DNA from: Rickettsiales bacterium
Lineage (GTDB): Bacteria; Pseudomonadota; Alphaproteobacteria; Rickettsiales; UBA1997
Direction: 5' to 3'
Assembly (NCBI GenBank): GCA_018969185.1
Contig: JAGWYT010000001.1
Coordinates: 78,112-142,111, forward strand
DNA: 64,000 bases
The notes below the pieces were generated by a model, which saw nothing but the letters and a program-made list of their open reading frames with translations, was not told the DNA's origin and did no database searches. A program made the translations under genes and the position numbers. This document shows, one piece after another, positions 56,319 through 64,000 of this stretch (within the stretch, counting starts at the first letter, position 1; every line of letters starts with the position of its first letter).

Positions 56319-58569
56319 GAGTTCAATTTTAGGTCTAAGTTGGCAACAAAAAGATTATGACGAACGCTTGGCAATGGCGATTGCTCAAAGATTTGAACTG
56401 TCTCAAGTTTTAGCAAAATTAATTGCTGAACGTGAAATTTCATTAGATGAAATTGAGAATTTTTTAAATCCTAAAATAAAAACTAATCTTCCTGATCCAT
56501 TTACTCTTCTTGATATGAAAGAAGCGTTAGAGCATGTGATTGACGCCATTAAGAAAAATAAAAAAATTACAATTTTTGCGGATTATGATGTTGATGGTGC
56601 AACTTCATCAGCTTTGTTAAAAAGATTTTTTCGTGAAATTGGTGTTGATGTTTCAATTTACGTGCCAGATCGTATCTTGGAAGGTTATGGACCAAATGTT
56701 AATGCCTTGCTTAATTTAAAAAAATCAGGCACTGATTTAGTAATTACAGTTGATTGCGGAACTGTGTCTTTTGAGCCGTTAGAAGAAGCAGCAAAAGCGA
56801 ATTTAGATATTATTGTAATTGATCATCATATTGGAGTTACTGAAAAACCAAAGGCTTTGGCAGTGATAAATCCTAATCGTATTGATGAAAATTTTCCTCA
56901 TAAAAATATTTGTGCGGCAGGAGTGAGCTTTCTTTTTGCTGTTGCAATTAACAAAGCTTTGCGTGATGAAGGATTCTACTCCAGCGCAATTACTCCCCCC
57001 TTGAGGGGGAGTCGGCATGCCGAAGGCATGCCGGTGGGGGATCAAAATCTTTCAAAAGCAACTAGATTTTACTCCAAAGAAACCCTAGAAAAAGCAAAAG
57101 AGCTAAAAGTTAACCAAACAGATGCTGAGAATCTACTCTGGTATTATTTGCGAGATAAACAGTTAGATGGACATAAATTTAGAAGACAGCAAGCAATTGA
57201 TAATTACATTGTAGATTTTGTTTGTTTAGAAAAGAAGTTGGTTGTTGAGCTTGATGGTGGTCAGCATAGTGAAGATAAGGCTATAAAATATGATCAGAAT
57301 AGAACAGAGTTTTTGAATAAGAGTGGATTCAATGTTTTAAGATTTTGGAATGATGAGGTATTTAAGAATATGGAAGGTGTTTTGGATTCGGTGTTTTTTA
57401 ATTTAAATTATAACCCCTCCCCGAAGCTGCCTTTGGCAGCTTCGACCCTCCCTCAAGGGGAGGGTAAAAGACGTGAACCAAATTTATTAAATCTTTTAGA
57501 TCTTGTTGCACTTGGAACGGTTTGTGATGTGATGCCGCTAATAGGCTTAAATCGTGCTTTAGTGGCGCAGGGTTTAAAGATTATTAAGAATAGAAGTAAT
57601 TTAGGAATTCGCACAATTTGTGATTTAGCAGGTTTAAATGAAGAGCCAACTGCTTATCATTTAGGTTTTGTTATTGGACCACGAATTAACGCTGGCGGAA
57701 GAGTTGGTAAATCAGATTTGGGTGCAAGAATTTTATCAAGTGAAGATGAGGAAGAGGTGCAAAAAATTTCCTTGCAGTTAGAAGAATTTAACAAGCAGCG
57801 CAAGGATATTGAAATTCAAATTCAAGAAGAAGCACAAAATAATTTAGAAAAATCAATTGGTGGTTTTAGCATAAATGATTCAGTGATTTTTGCTGTTTCA
57901 AACTCTTGGCATCAAGGTGTGATTGGCATTGTGGCATCACGAATCAAAGATCTTTACAATAAACCAGTTGCAGTAATTACAGTTAAAGATGGAAAAGGGA
58001 AAGCATCATGCCGTTCAATTAATGGTGTTGATTTTGGTTCGGCAATTTTACAAGCAAGATTGGAAGGCTTGTTAATTGATGGCGGAGGGCATGCCATGGC
58101 GGGAGGATTCTCAGTTTTAGAAGAAAAAATTCCTGAGTTACATAAATTCTTTAATAAAATTTTGGGCGAAAAAATTATAGAATTTTCTTCAAAAAGAGAT
58201 ATGTTTTTTGCTGCAGAACTTGACTTAGCTCAAATAAATATTGAATTGATAAAAGACTTGGAAAAGCTTGAACCATTTGGTATGGGCAATTCTAAACCAA
58301 AATTTATTATTCGTGATTTACAAAAAGTAAGAGCAAATTTAATTGGTAAAAATCAAGATCATATTAGCTGTATTTTTTCATCTAAAACGGCAATTGGTTT
58401 TAGTGGAAATTTACAAGCAGTTGCTTTTAGAGGTGCGAATAGTCCTTTAGCAGAAATTCTTTTAGATCCAAAATTTACTAAACCAATTAATGTGGCTGGA
58501 CAGTTGAATATTAATTCTTGGATGGGAGTTGAAAAGGTACAATTATTAATTGAGGATATTTTGATTTAG
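56305..58569 (+). CDS. recJ: single-stranded-DNA-specific exonuclease RecJ carrying an in-frame ~165-aa DUF559/palindrome insertion
   Basis: 754 aa against ~577 aa in E. coli. DHH motifs are present ([16 protein letters not shown]). The sequence is collinear with E. coli RecJ on both sides of the block at 56991-57465 (...ALRDEGFY | insert | [23 protein letters not shown]...). The DHHA1 motif GGHAMAGG is present. Confidence 0.9.
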   Translation: MIKYKSSILGLSWQQKDYDERLAMAIAQRFELSQVLAKLIAEREISLDEIENFLNPKIKTNLPDPFTLLDMKEALEHVIDAIKKNKKITIFADYDVDGATSSALLKRFFREIGVDVSIYVPDRILEGYGPNVNALLNLKKSGTDLVITVDCGTVSFEPLEEAAKANLDIIVIDHHIGVTEKPKALAVINPNRIDENFPHKNICAAGVSFLFAVAINKALRDEGFYSSAITPPLRGSRHAEGMPVGDQNLSKATRFYSKETLEKAKELKVNQTDAENLLWYYLRDKQLDGHKFRRQQAIDNYIVDFVCLEKKLVVELDGGQHSEDKAIKYDQNRTEFLNKSGFNVLRFWNDEVFKNMEGVLDSVFFNLNYNPSPKLPLAASTLPQGEGKRREPNLLNLLDLVALGTVCDVMPLIGLNRALVAQGLKIIKNRSNLGIRTICDLAGLNEEPTAYHLGFVIGPRINAGGRVGKSDLGARILSSEDEEEVQKISLQLEEFNKQRKDIEIQIQEEAQNNLEKSIGGFSINDSVIFAVSNSWHQGVIGIVASRIKDLYNKPVAVITVKDGKGKASCRSINGVDFGSAILQARLEGLLIDGGGHAMAGGFSVLEEKIPELHKFFNKILGEKIIEFSSKRDMFFAAELDLAQINIELIKDLEKLEPFGMGNSKPKFIIRDLQKVRANLIGKNQDHISCIFSSKTAIGFSGNLQAVAFRGANSPLAEILLDPKFTKPINVAGQLNINSWMGVEKVQLLIEDILI
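56991..57465 (+). mobile_element. DUF559 (Vsr-like endonuclease fold) cassette flanked by inverted PE-D palindromic units
   Basis: Left unit 56991-57043: CTCCCCCCTTGAGGGGGAG + CGGCATGCC-GAA-GGCATGCCG + GTGGGGG. Right unit 57412-57465: AACCCCTCCCC-GAAGCTGCC-TTTG-GCAGCTTC-GACCCTCCCTCAAGGGGAGGGT. The two have the same layout in opposite orientation. Core: [60 protein letters not shown]...[12 protein letters not shown]. Confidence 0.7.
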
Positions 58570-58575
58570 GAAAGG

Positions 58576-58611
58576 GGTCAGGCTACTTTTCAACGAAAAG
58601 TAGCCTTGACC
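58576..58611. terminator. bidirectional intrinsic terminator between convergent recJ and dnaK
   Basis: GGTCAGGCTACTTTT-CAAC-GAAAAGTAGCCTTGACC, a ~15-bp stem flanked by A and T runs. Confidence 0.7.
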
Positions 58612-58621
58612 TTTTTCTAAT

Positions 58622-60547
58622 TTACTCTTTTTTATCGTCTTTTACTTCTTCATATTCAGCATCAACAACTTTTTCGCCTGATTCTGAATTGTTAGAAGCA
58701 CCAGCAGATTCCGCAGAAGAAGCTCCTGCAGTTGCTTGCGAAGCTTTATAAATTGCCTCACCAACTTTCATTGCTTTTTGCATTAAGCTTTCGGTTGCTG
58801 ATTTTAATTCTTCGGCTTTAGCATCTTCTTGAGCTAAAATATCCTTAACTTTTTGAATTTCTGCTTCAACTTCAGCCTTAGTTACTGGTTCAATTTTATC
58901 GCCATGCTCTCTTAAACTTTTTTCAGTTTCATAAACAGCAGTGTCAGCTTGATTCTTCGCTTCAACAAATTCTTTTCTTGCTTTATCTGCCGCTGCGTTA
59001 ACTTCGGCATCTTTCATCATTTTTTGAATTTCAGCTTCAGATAAACCGCCTGAAGATTGAATTCTAATTTGTTGTTCTTTGTTAGTTGCTTTATCTTTTG
59101 CAGAAACTTTTACCACGCCGTTTGCGTCAATATCAAAAGATACTTCAACTTGCGGCATGCCACGTGGAGCAGGGGCAATTCCTTCTAAATTAAATTCACC
59201 AAGAAGTTTATTGTGAATTGCAATATCTCTTTCACCTTGGAAAACTTTAATTGCAACTGCCGTTTGATTATCCGCCGCAGTTGAGAATACTTGGCTCTTA
59301 TTAGTTGGAATTGTAGTGTTACGGTCAATCAATCTGGTAAACACACCACCAGCAGTTTCAATACCAAGTGAAAGTGGAGTAACGTCTAAAAGTAATACAT
59401 CTTTCACGTCACCTTGTAAAACTGCGCCTTGAATTGCTGCACCAATTGCCACAACTTCATCAGGATTCACGCCTTTGCTTGGCTCTTTACCAAAAATCTT
59501 TTTTACAGTTTCAACAACTTTTGGCATACGAGTCATACCACCAACCAAAATAACTTCGTGAATGTCAGAAGCTTTTAGTCCAGCATCTTTCAAGGCATTT
59601 TCGCAAGGAACAATTGTCTTAGTGATTAAATCATCAACCAATTGCTCAAGTTTAGCACGGCTTAATTTCACGTTTAAGTGCTTAGGACCACTTGCATCAG
59701 CAGTGATGTAAGGCAAATTGATTTCAGTTTCCATTGTTGACGAAAGCTCAATTTTAGCTTTTTCTGCTGCTTCTTTCAAGCGTTGCAAAGCAAGAGGATC
59801 TTTAGATAAATCAATGCCATTATCTTTTTTAAATTCGTCAGATAAGAATTTTAAAATTCTCATGTCGAAATCTTCACCACCTAAAAAAGTGTCGCCGTTA
59901 GTTGATTTTACTTCAAAAACGCCATCACCAATTTCAAGAATTGAAACGTCGAAAGTTCCACCACCTAAGTCATAAACGGCAATTGTTTGGTTGCCTTTTT
60001 TATCAAGACCATAAGCAAGTGCTGCTGCTGTTGGTTCATTGATAATACGAAGAACTTCAAGACCAGCAATTTTTCCAGCGTCTTTTGTTGCTTGTCTTTG
60101 TGAGTCGTTGAAATAAGCAGGAACGGTGATTACAGCCTGTGTAACCTTTTCACCTAAATAGCTTTCAGCGGTCTCTTTCATTTTTGTTAGTGTGAAAGCT
60201 GAAATTTGACTTGGTGAAAATTTTTCACCTTTAATTTCAACCCAAGCATCACCATTGCCTGAAGACACGATGTCATAAGGCACCAGCTCTTTATCTTTTT
60301 TAGTAAGAGGATCTTCATATCTTCTACCAATTAATCTTTTAATACCAAAAATTGTATTTTTTGGATTAGTCACGCCTTGTCTTTTTGCTGGCGCGCCAAC
60401 AACTCTTTCGCCATTTGCCAAAAAGCCAACAATTGAAGGTGTTGTTCTTGCACCTTCTGAATTTTCAATAACTTTAGGATTCTTGCCTTCCATGATTGAC
60501 ACGCAAGAGTTCGTTGTTCCTAAGTCAATACCAATTACTTTACCCAT
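58622..60547 (-). CDS. dnaK: molecular chaperone DnaK (Hsp70)
   Basis: 641-aa ORF with [11 protein letters not shown] and [10 protein letters not shown]. grpE and dnaJ are not adjacent. Confidence 0.97.
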   Translation of the reverse strand: MGKVIGIDLGTTNSCVSIMEGKNPKVIENSEGARTTPSIVGFLANGERVVGAPAKRQGVTNPKNTIFGIKRLIGRRYEDPLTKKDKELVPYDIVSSGNGDAWVEIKGEKFSPSQISAFTLTKMKETAESYLGEKVTQAVITVPAYFNDSQRQATKDAGKIAGLEVLRIINEPTAAALAYGLDKKGNQTIAVYDLGGGTFDVSILEIGDGVFEVKSTNGDTFLGGEDFDMRILKFLSDEFKKDNGIDLSKDPLALQRLKEAAEKAKIELSSTMETEINLPYITADASGPKHLNVKLSRAKLEQLVDDLITKTIVPCENALKDAGLKASDIHEVILVGGMTRMPKVVETVKKIFGKEPSKGVNPDEVVAIGAAIQGAVLQGDVKDVLLLDVTPLSLGIETAGGVFTRLIDRNTTIPTNKSQVFSTAADNQTAVAIKVFQGERDIAIHNKLLGEFNLEGIAPAPRGMPQVEVSFDIDANGVVKVSAKDKATNKEQQIRIQSSGGLSEAEIQKMMKDAEVNAAADKARKEFVEAKNQADTAVYETEKSLREHGDKIEPVTKAEVEAEIQKVKDILAQEDAKAEELKSATESLMQKAMKVGEAIYKASQATAGASSAESAGASNNSESGEKVVDAEYEEVKDDKKE

Positions 60548-60577
60548 TTTAATTACTATATTTTTTATTATTTAAAA

Positions 60578-60608
60578 ATGATGTGGTTTTAAAAAACCTT
60601 AATTTCAA
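60578..60608 (-). promoter_or_regulatory. candidate heat-shock (sigma32-type) promoter of dnaK
   Basis: The minus strand reads TTGAAA (complement of 60603-60608), a 16-nt spacer, then CCACATCAT (complement of 60578-60586). It resembles CTTGAAA/CCCCATNT only loosely. Confidence 0.25.
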
Positions 60609-60659
60609 AAGGTGATTTAAGAATGGTTTTTGAAATTACAAGGGGGTGTCTAAAAAAGT

Positions 60660-61511
60660 CTATTGAGAAAGCGTAATCTTATATTTCTGTCCTAAATAGC
60701 TTTCAACGGATCTTCTTTCTACATCATTAAGAGTTCGTGAAAATGCAATAATTTCAGCAATATCGCCCTCATATTTATTACTGCCATAAGCTCCAGCTGA
60801 ATAATTGACAAGTGATGGAGCTAATGTTGTTTGCGAGCTATCAGCAGTCACTGGATTTTTGCCACCATTTAGCCAATATTTTTTACCAGCAGTGCCGCTA
60901 AGCCAGTAAGTATGTATTAATGGAACATGATTTACAAAATATTGTGAACTATAGTCTAAGTCATTGACCAAATAAAATATTGCAGTACTGCCATTTCTAT
61001 ATCCAAGCCTTGGATTACCTGCAGCAGAACCTGCTAAAAATTCATCGTAAGTAGAATTATCTCCTCCTCTTTTTTCAACAATAAAAATTGTGAAATTACT
61101 ATTTTCTAAACCTCTCATGCTAAGCACTATGTAATTTGTGCCATCAAATCTTACTGAGGGCAATCCGTTAAAAACATCATTATAAAATTTAGGTCTTACA
61201 CCTGGGGTTGATTGAGTGGCATCATTTTTTATCATTACTTATGGATTATTGTCATACCAAGTGCTGATTGTGTTGCCATCTGTTGTTTCAGTGCTAATAA
61301 AACTGCTTTCCAAAGAAGTTTCATGCCATACCACTAAATTTTTTATTCCACTTACAGGAGAACTTTTGGTAAGGCTTTGCGCAGTTTGAATCTGTATTTT
61401 TTTAAGCAAATTAACACCACCCATAACTCCGGCAACTAATATACCAATCACCAAAATGACGATTGAAAGTTCAATTAATGAAAAGGCTTTTAAGGATTTT
61501 TTATTAATCAT
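60660..61511 (-). pseudogene. prepilin-signal / LamG-like protein, paralog 3, interrupted by one in-frame TAA
   Basis: Track ORFs 61239-61511 (MINKKSLKAFSLIELSIVILVIGILVAG...TWYDNNP) and 60660-61235 are in the same frame. They are separated by TAA (complement of 61239-61241) at the position where both paralogs have Gln (NPQ). The C-terminus YEGDIAEIIAFSRTLNDVERRSVESYLGQKYKI is the family motif. Confidence 0.7.
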
Positions 61512-61562
61512 TTTTTTTTATTAATCATTTTTTTGTAGTTGTAAATTGATTGATTTATTAAA

Positions 61563-61648
61563 CTTCTCGCTGGTTGAGCTTGTCGAAACCAAGAGAAGTT
61601 TTGTAAAAATCTTATTCTTGGTTTCGACAAGCTCAACCAGCGAACAAG
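61563..61648. repeat. PE-C palindromic element, copy 5
   Basis: CTTCTCGCTGGTTGAGCTTGTCGAAACCAAGAGAAG...CTTATTCTTGGTTTCGACAAGCTCAACCAGCGAACAAG. Confidence 0.85.
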
Positions 61649-61658
61649 ATTACAATCA

Positions 61659-62642
61659 CTAATTTTTTAATAAGAAATTTCTTTTTATATCATGAACCCT
61701 AATAAAATCTACATTCTTCTTTATAAGATATTTAGAAATAACAAGAGTTTTATTTGCTCTATCTGGAGGCTGTTCCCAAACTACGCAAGGTAATAACGAG
61801 CTTTTTGCCTCATCTCGTGGCTCTTTTGATGCATCTGACTTCGGAAAATTTTCTTCAGATAATTGCATATCTGAAGAAAATTGTTTCTTGTCATCTGCAC
61901 AAAATAGCCTACGATCTGAGGTAAAAAGTTTGGGAACAGGCTCCAACTCTCCCATTTCAGAAAAATCAATGGCATCAAGAAAACTTTTTTTAGAATGTCC
62001 AACATAAAGTGGCAATCCTAAAACTCTAAAGGCATCGATGTTTTTTAAAATACGAATTGATTGCAAAGAATCTTTGCCAAAACCAATTCCAACATCAAAA
62101 ATCAATTGTGATTTTTTAACGCCTTTTTGCATCAGATAAGAAATTTTTTCTTGTGCCCATTTAATAATTTCGTCAGTCAAATTTAAATGTCTATTAATTA
62201 ACGTTCCTTCAACTGCTGGCACAGATAGATTATGCATCAAAATGGTTGTGATATTATTTTTGGCAATAAATTCAATGGTGCGATCATCAATTAAACCATC
62301 AACATCATTAATAATATCAACACCATTTTCAAAAGCTTTTTTGGCAGTTTCAAAGTGACGAGTGTCAATGCTGGTGGTAACTTTCTTACCAGTTTTTTGA
62401 TTAAAATTTTTTACTTCTGAAGTTATTGCTGGCAGAATTTTTTCTAATCTTTTCCATTCTTCTTCTGTGCTTACGGGTGTAAATCCAGGGCGGGTTGATT
62501 CAGCACCAATATCAATCATATCAGCGCCGTCATTTAACATTTCTTTTAGATGAGTAATGGCATTATCAAGCGAAGTGAATTTCCCACCATCGGAAAATGA
62601 ATCAGGAGTAATGTTTAAAATACCAACAATTTTTGTGGGCAT
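61659..62642 (-). CDS. folP: dihydropteroate synthase with an in-frame ~60-aa palindromic insertion
   Basis: 327 aa against 282 aa in E. coli. It has GILNITPDSFSDGG, IDIGAESTRPG, DVGIGFGK, VGHSKKSF and IRVHDI. About 70 aa lie between SKKSFLD and DRANKTLV, where E. coli has about 8. Confidence 0.85.
   Translation of the reverse strand: MPTKIVGILNITPDSFSDGGKFTSLDNAITHLKEMLNDGADMIDIGAESTRPGFTPVSTEEEWKRLEKILPAITSEVKNFNQKTGKKVTTSIDTRHFETAKKAFENGVDIINDVDGLIDDRTIEFIAKNNITTILMHNLSVPAVEGTLINRHLNLTDEIIKWAQEKISYLMQKGVKKSQLIFDVGIGFGKDSLQSIRILKNIDAFRVLGLPLYVGHSKKSFLDAIDFSEMGELEPVPKLFTSDRRLFCADDKKQFSSDMQLSEENFPKSDASKEPRDEAKSSLLPCVVWEQPPDRANKTLVISKYLIKKNVDFIRVHDIKRNFLLKN
61771..61938. repeat. 168-bp palindromic element inside folP (family unassigned)
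   Basis: Terminal inverted repeat TGTTCCCAAACT (61771-61782) / AGTTTGGGAACA (61927-61938). Central palindrome GAAAATTTTCTTCAGAT-AATTGCAT-ATCTGAAGAAAATT. 168 nt equals 56 codons. Confidence 0.7.
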
Positions 62643-62667
62643 AAATTTCTACTAATTTACTTTTAAT

Positions 62668-62800
62668 AACCCTCCCCTTGAGGGAGGGTCGACGAACAAG
62701 CTTTGCTTGTGAGTCGGGGAGGGGTTATAGTTTTTCAAAAACCTAATTTTACCCCTCCTCGAAGCTGCTAAAGCAGCTTCGATCCTCCCTCAAGGGGAGG
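62668..62800. repeat. inverted pair of PE-D units separated by only ~24 bp (cargo-less version of the recJ cassette)
   Basis: 62668-62726: AACCCTCCCCTTGAGGGAGGGTCGACGAACAAGCTTTGCTTGTGAGTCGGGGAGGGGTT (reverse orientation). 62751-62800: ACCCCTCCTCGAAGCTGCTAAAGCAGCTTCGATCCTCCCTCAAGGGGAGG (forward). The forward unit has the same inner hairpin stem (GAAGCTGC/GCAGCTTC) as the right unit in recJ. Confidence 0.8.
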
Positions 62801-62829
62801 ATAATTGGACCGAAATAAATAAAGAAATT

Positions 62830-63987
62830 CTACCACTTCTTTTCAAACTTTTTTCTTAAAATAACTGCAATCAAATTAAACAAAATCAGCATTGCTAAAA
62901 GCACCAAAATTGCGGCGGCAGTTTTTTCAGCAAATCCTGCTTCTGGGCTGTCAGACCATAGATAAATTTGTACAGGAAGAACGGTAGTAGGATCAGAAAA
63001 ATTTTGAGGAATATCAGCGATGAATGCAACCATACCAATCATCAAAAGTGGTGCGGTTTCGCCTAAAGCGCGTGAAATTGCTAAAATTGTTCCTGTCATA
63101 ATTCCCGGTATTGAAAGCGGTAATAAGTGATGCAAAACAATTTGCATTTTTGAAGCGCCAAGAGCCATCGCGCCATCTTTAATTGTTTTTGGAATTGAAC
63201 GAATTGTGTTGCGCGTTGCAATAATAATTACTGGTAAAACAAGCATGAATAAAGTCATGCCGCCAACCAAAGCTGAAGAGCGCGGCAGATAGAAAAATTG
63301 TAAATAAACTGTTAAACCAAGAAGGCCGTAAATGATTGAAGGAATTGCCGCCAAGTTATTAATACTGATTTCAATGATGTCAGTGATTTTATTTTTAGGA
63401 GCAAATTCTTCTAAATAAAAAGCGCACATTATGCCAATTGGAAAAGCGAGGCTTAAGAAAATTAACATCACTAAAATTGAACCTTTTAAACCAGCGCCAA
63501 TACCAGCAATTTCAGGTTCTCTTGAATCAGCGAATTTAAAGAAATTCCAATTTATTATAGTTTTTATTTTTTGATTTGAGATTAATTTTTCAGCTAAAAT
63601 TATTTGTTTTTCGCTTAGAGATGATTTTTCTTTATGTTTGAAATAAATGTCGAATTTTGAAGAGGTGCTAAGCCAAAAATTATTTTTACTACCAATTAAT
63701 TCTTGGCGTTTTTCGATTTGATTTCTCAATTCTAAAGCTGCGATTTTACTGGTTATTTGATATAAATTATTAACATCAGCAAGTTCAACTATTTCAGGAA
63801 ATTCTTCACGCAAAGATTGTTTTATAAGACGACGATAATTTATTTTTTCAATTAATTCAGCCTTTGATAATGTTGAAATATCTTTTAATTCAAGATCAGA
63901 ATTTTTGGCAATTGATTCTGCACTTAGGTCAATGTTAAGTGAAACTTCATGACGTAAAAAAGAGCTATATCCTTTAGTTATCAGCAT
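62830..63987 (-). CDS. pstA: phosphate ABC transporter permease PstA
   Basis: 385-aa ORF with a long N-terminal extension and the C-terminal permease core (NLAAIPSIIYGLLGL, ISRALGETAPLLMIG). The last 20 nt of the window read as the overlapping 3' end of an upstream ORF, probably pstC; that is too short to call. Confidence 0.85.
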   Translation of the reverse strand: MLITKGYSSFLRHEVSLNIDLSAESIAKNSDLELKDISTLSKAELIEKINYRRLIKQSLREEFPEIVELADVNNLYQITSKIAALELRNQIEKRQELIGSKNNFWLSTSSKFDIYFKHKEKSSLSEKQIILAEKLISNQKIKTIINWNFFKFADSREPEIAGIGAGLKGSILVMLIFLSLAFPIGIMCAFYLEEFAPKNKITDIIEISINNLAAIPSIIYGLLGLTVYLQFFYLPRSSALVGGMTLFMLVLPVIIIATRNTIRSIPKTIKDGAMALGASKMQIVLHHLLPLSIPGIMTGTILAISRALGETAPLLMIGMVAFIADIPQNFSDPTTVLPVQIYLWSDSPEAGFAEKTAAAILVLLAMLILFNLIAVILRKKFEKKW

Positions 63988-64000
63988 GCCAAATAAAAGC

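Noticed and set aside
56991-57465. The recJ insertion might be an intein, possibly with a homing endonuclease.
   Set aside because: The junctions lack a Cys/Ser/Thr nucleophile in the required context, there is no C-terminal His-Asn, and no Hint-domain blocks are present. The insert consists only of the two palindrome read-throughs and a DUF559 core. Protein splicing is therefore not supported.
63981-64000. The 3' end of an upstream pstC gene overlapping the pstA start.
   Set aside because: It is plausible from operon logic and an overlapping TGA, but only 20 nt are visible. That is not enough to report as a feature.

Overview
This is a visibly AT-rich bacterial chromosome segment, densely packed with housekeeping genes. 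Gene content suggests a reduced, probably host-associated alphaproteobacterium; this is an inference from the alpha-type 5-aminolevulinate synthase, scattered operon fragments and eroding genes. Recognisable genes include hemC, rpmJ, nuoD, leuA, mreBC, rnhB, hemA, rnc, lepB, gpmI, proS, pgi, gltX, metK, pheS, dprA, ilvD, recJ, dnaK, folP and pstA. There is also one tRNA-Cys, a TonB-dependent receptor with exbB-exbD-tonB, an RND efflux operon and a vapBC pair. I found no rRNA, CRISPR array, transposase or integrase. The unusual part is at least four families of short palindromic elements, named here PE-A to PE-D, about 20 loci by eye. Several lie inside reading frames without breaking them: the lipoprotein signal peptide of the efflux outer-membrane factor, the DsbB N-terminus and the TonB linker. 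A separate unclassified palindrome sits in-frame in folP. Two PE copies supply the last codons and stop codons of proS and gltX. The strongest observation is in recJ. A complete DUF559 (Vsr-like endonuclease) domain, bracketed by two inverted GC-rich PE-D units, is inserted in-frame in a RecJ loop. Cargo-less pairs of the same inverted PE-D units occur at two intergenic sites. This looks like a REPtron-like nuclease-plus-palindrome mobile system with miniature derivatives. Other points: the RND operon carries three separate lesions. A three-member family of prepilin-signal plus LamG-like proteins has one intact copy, one nonsense copy and one homopolymer frameshift copy. An orphan protein ends in a CaaX box (CAIS), and there is a Pif1-type helicase. 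All functional calls rest on reading the translations and on remembered family signatures; no database search was run.
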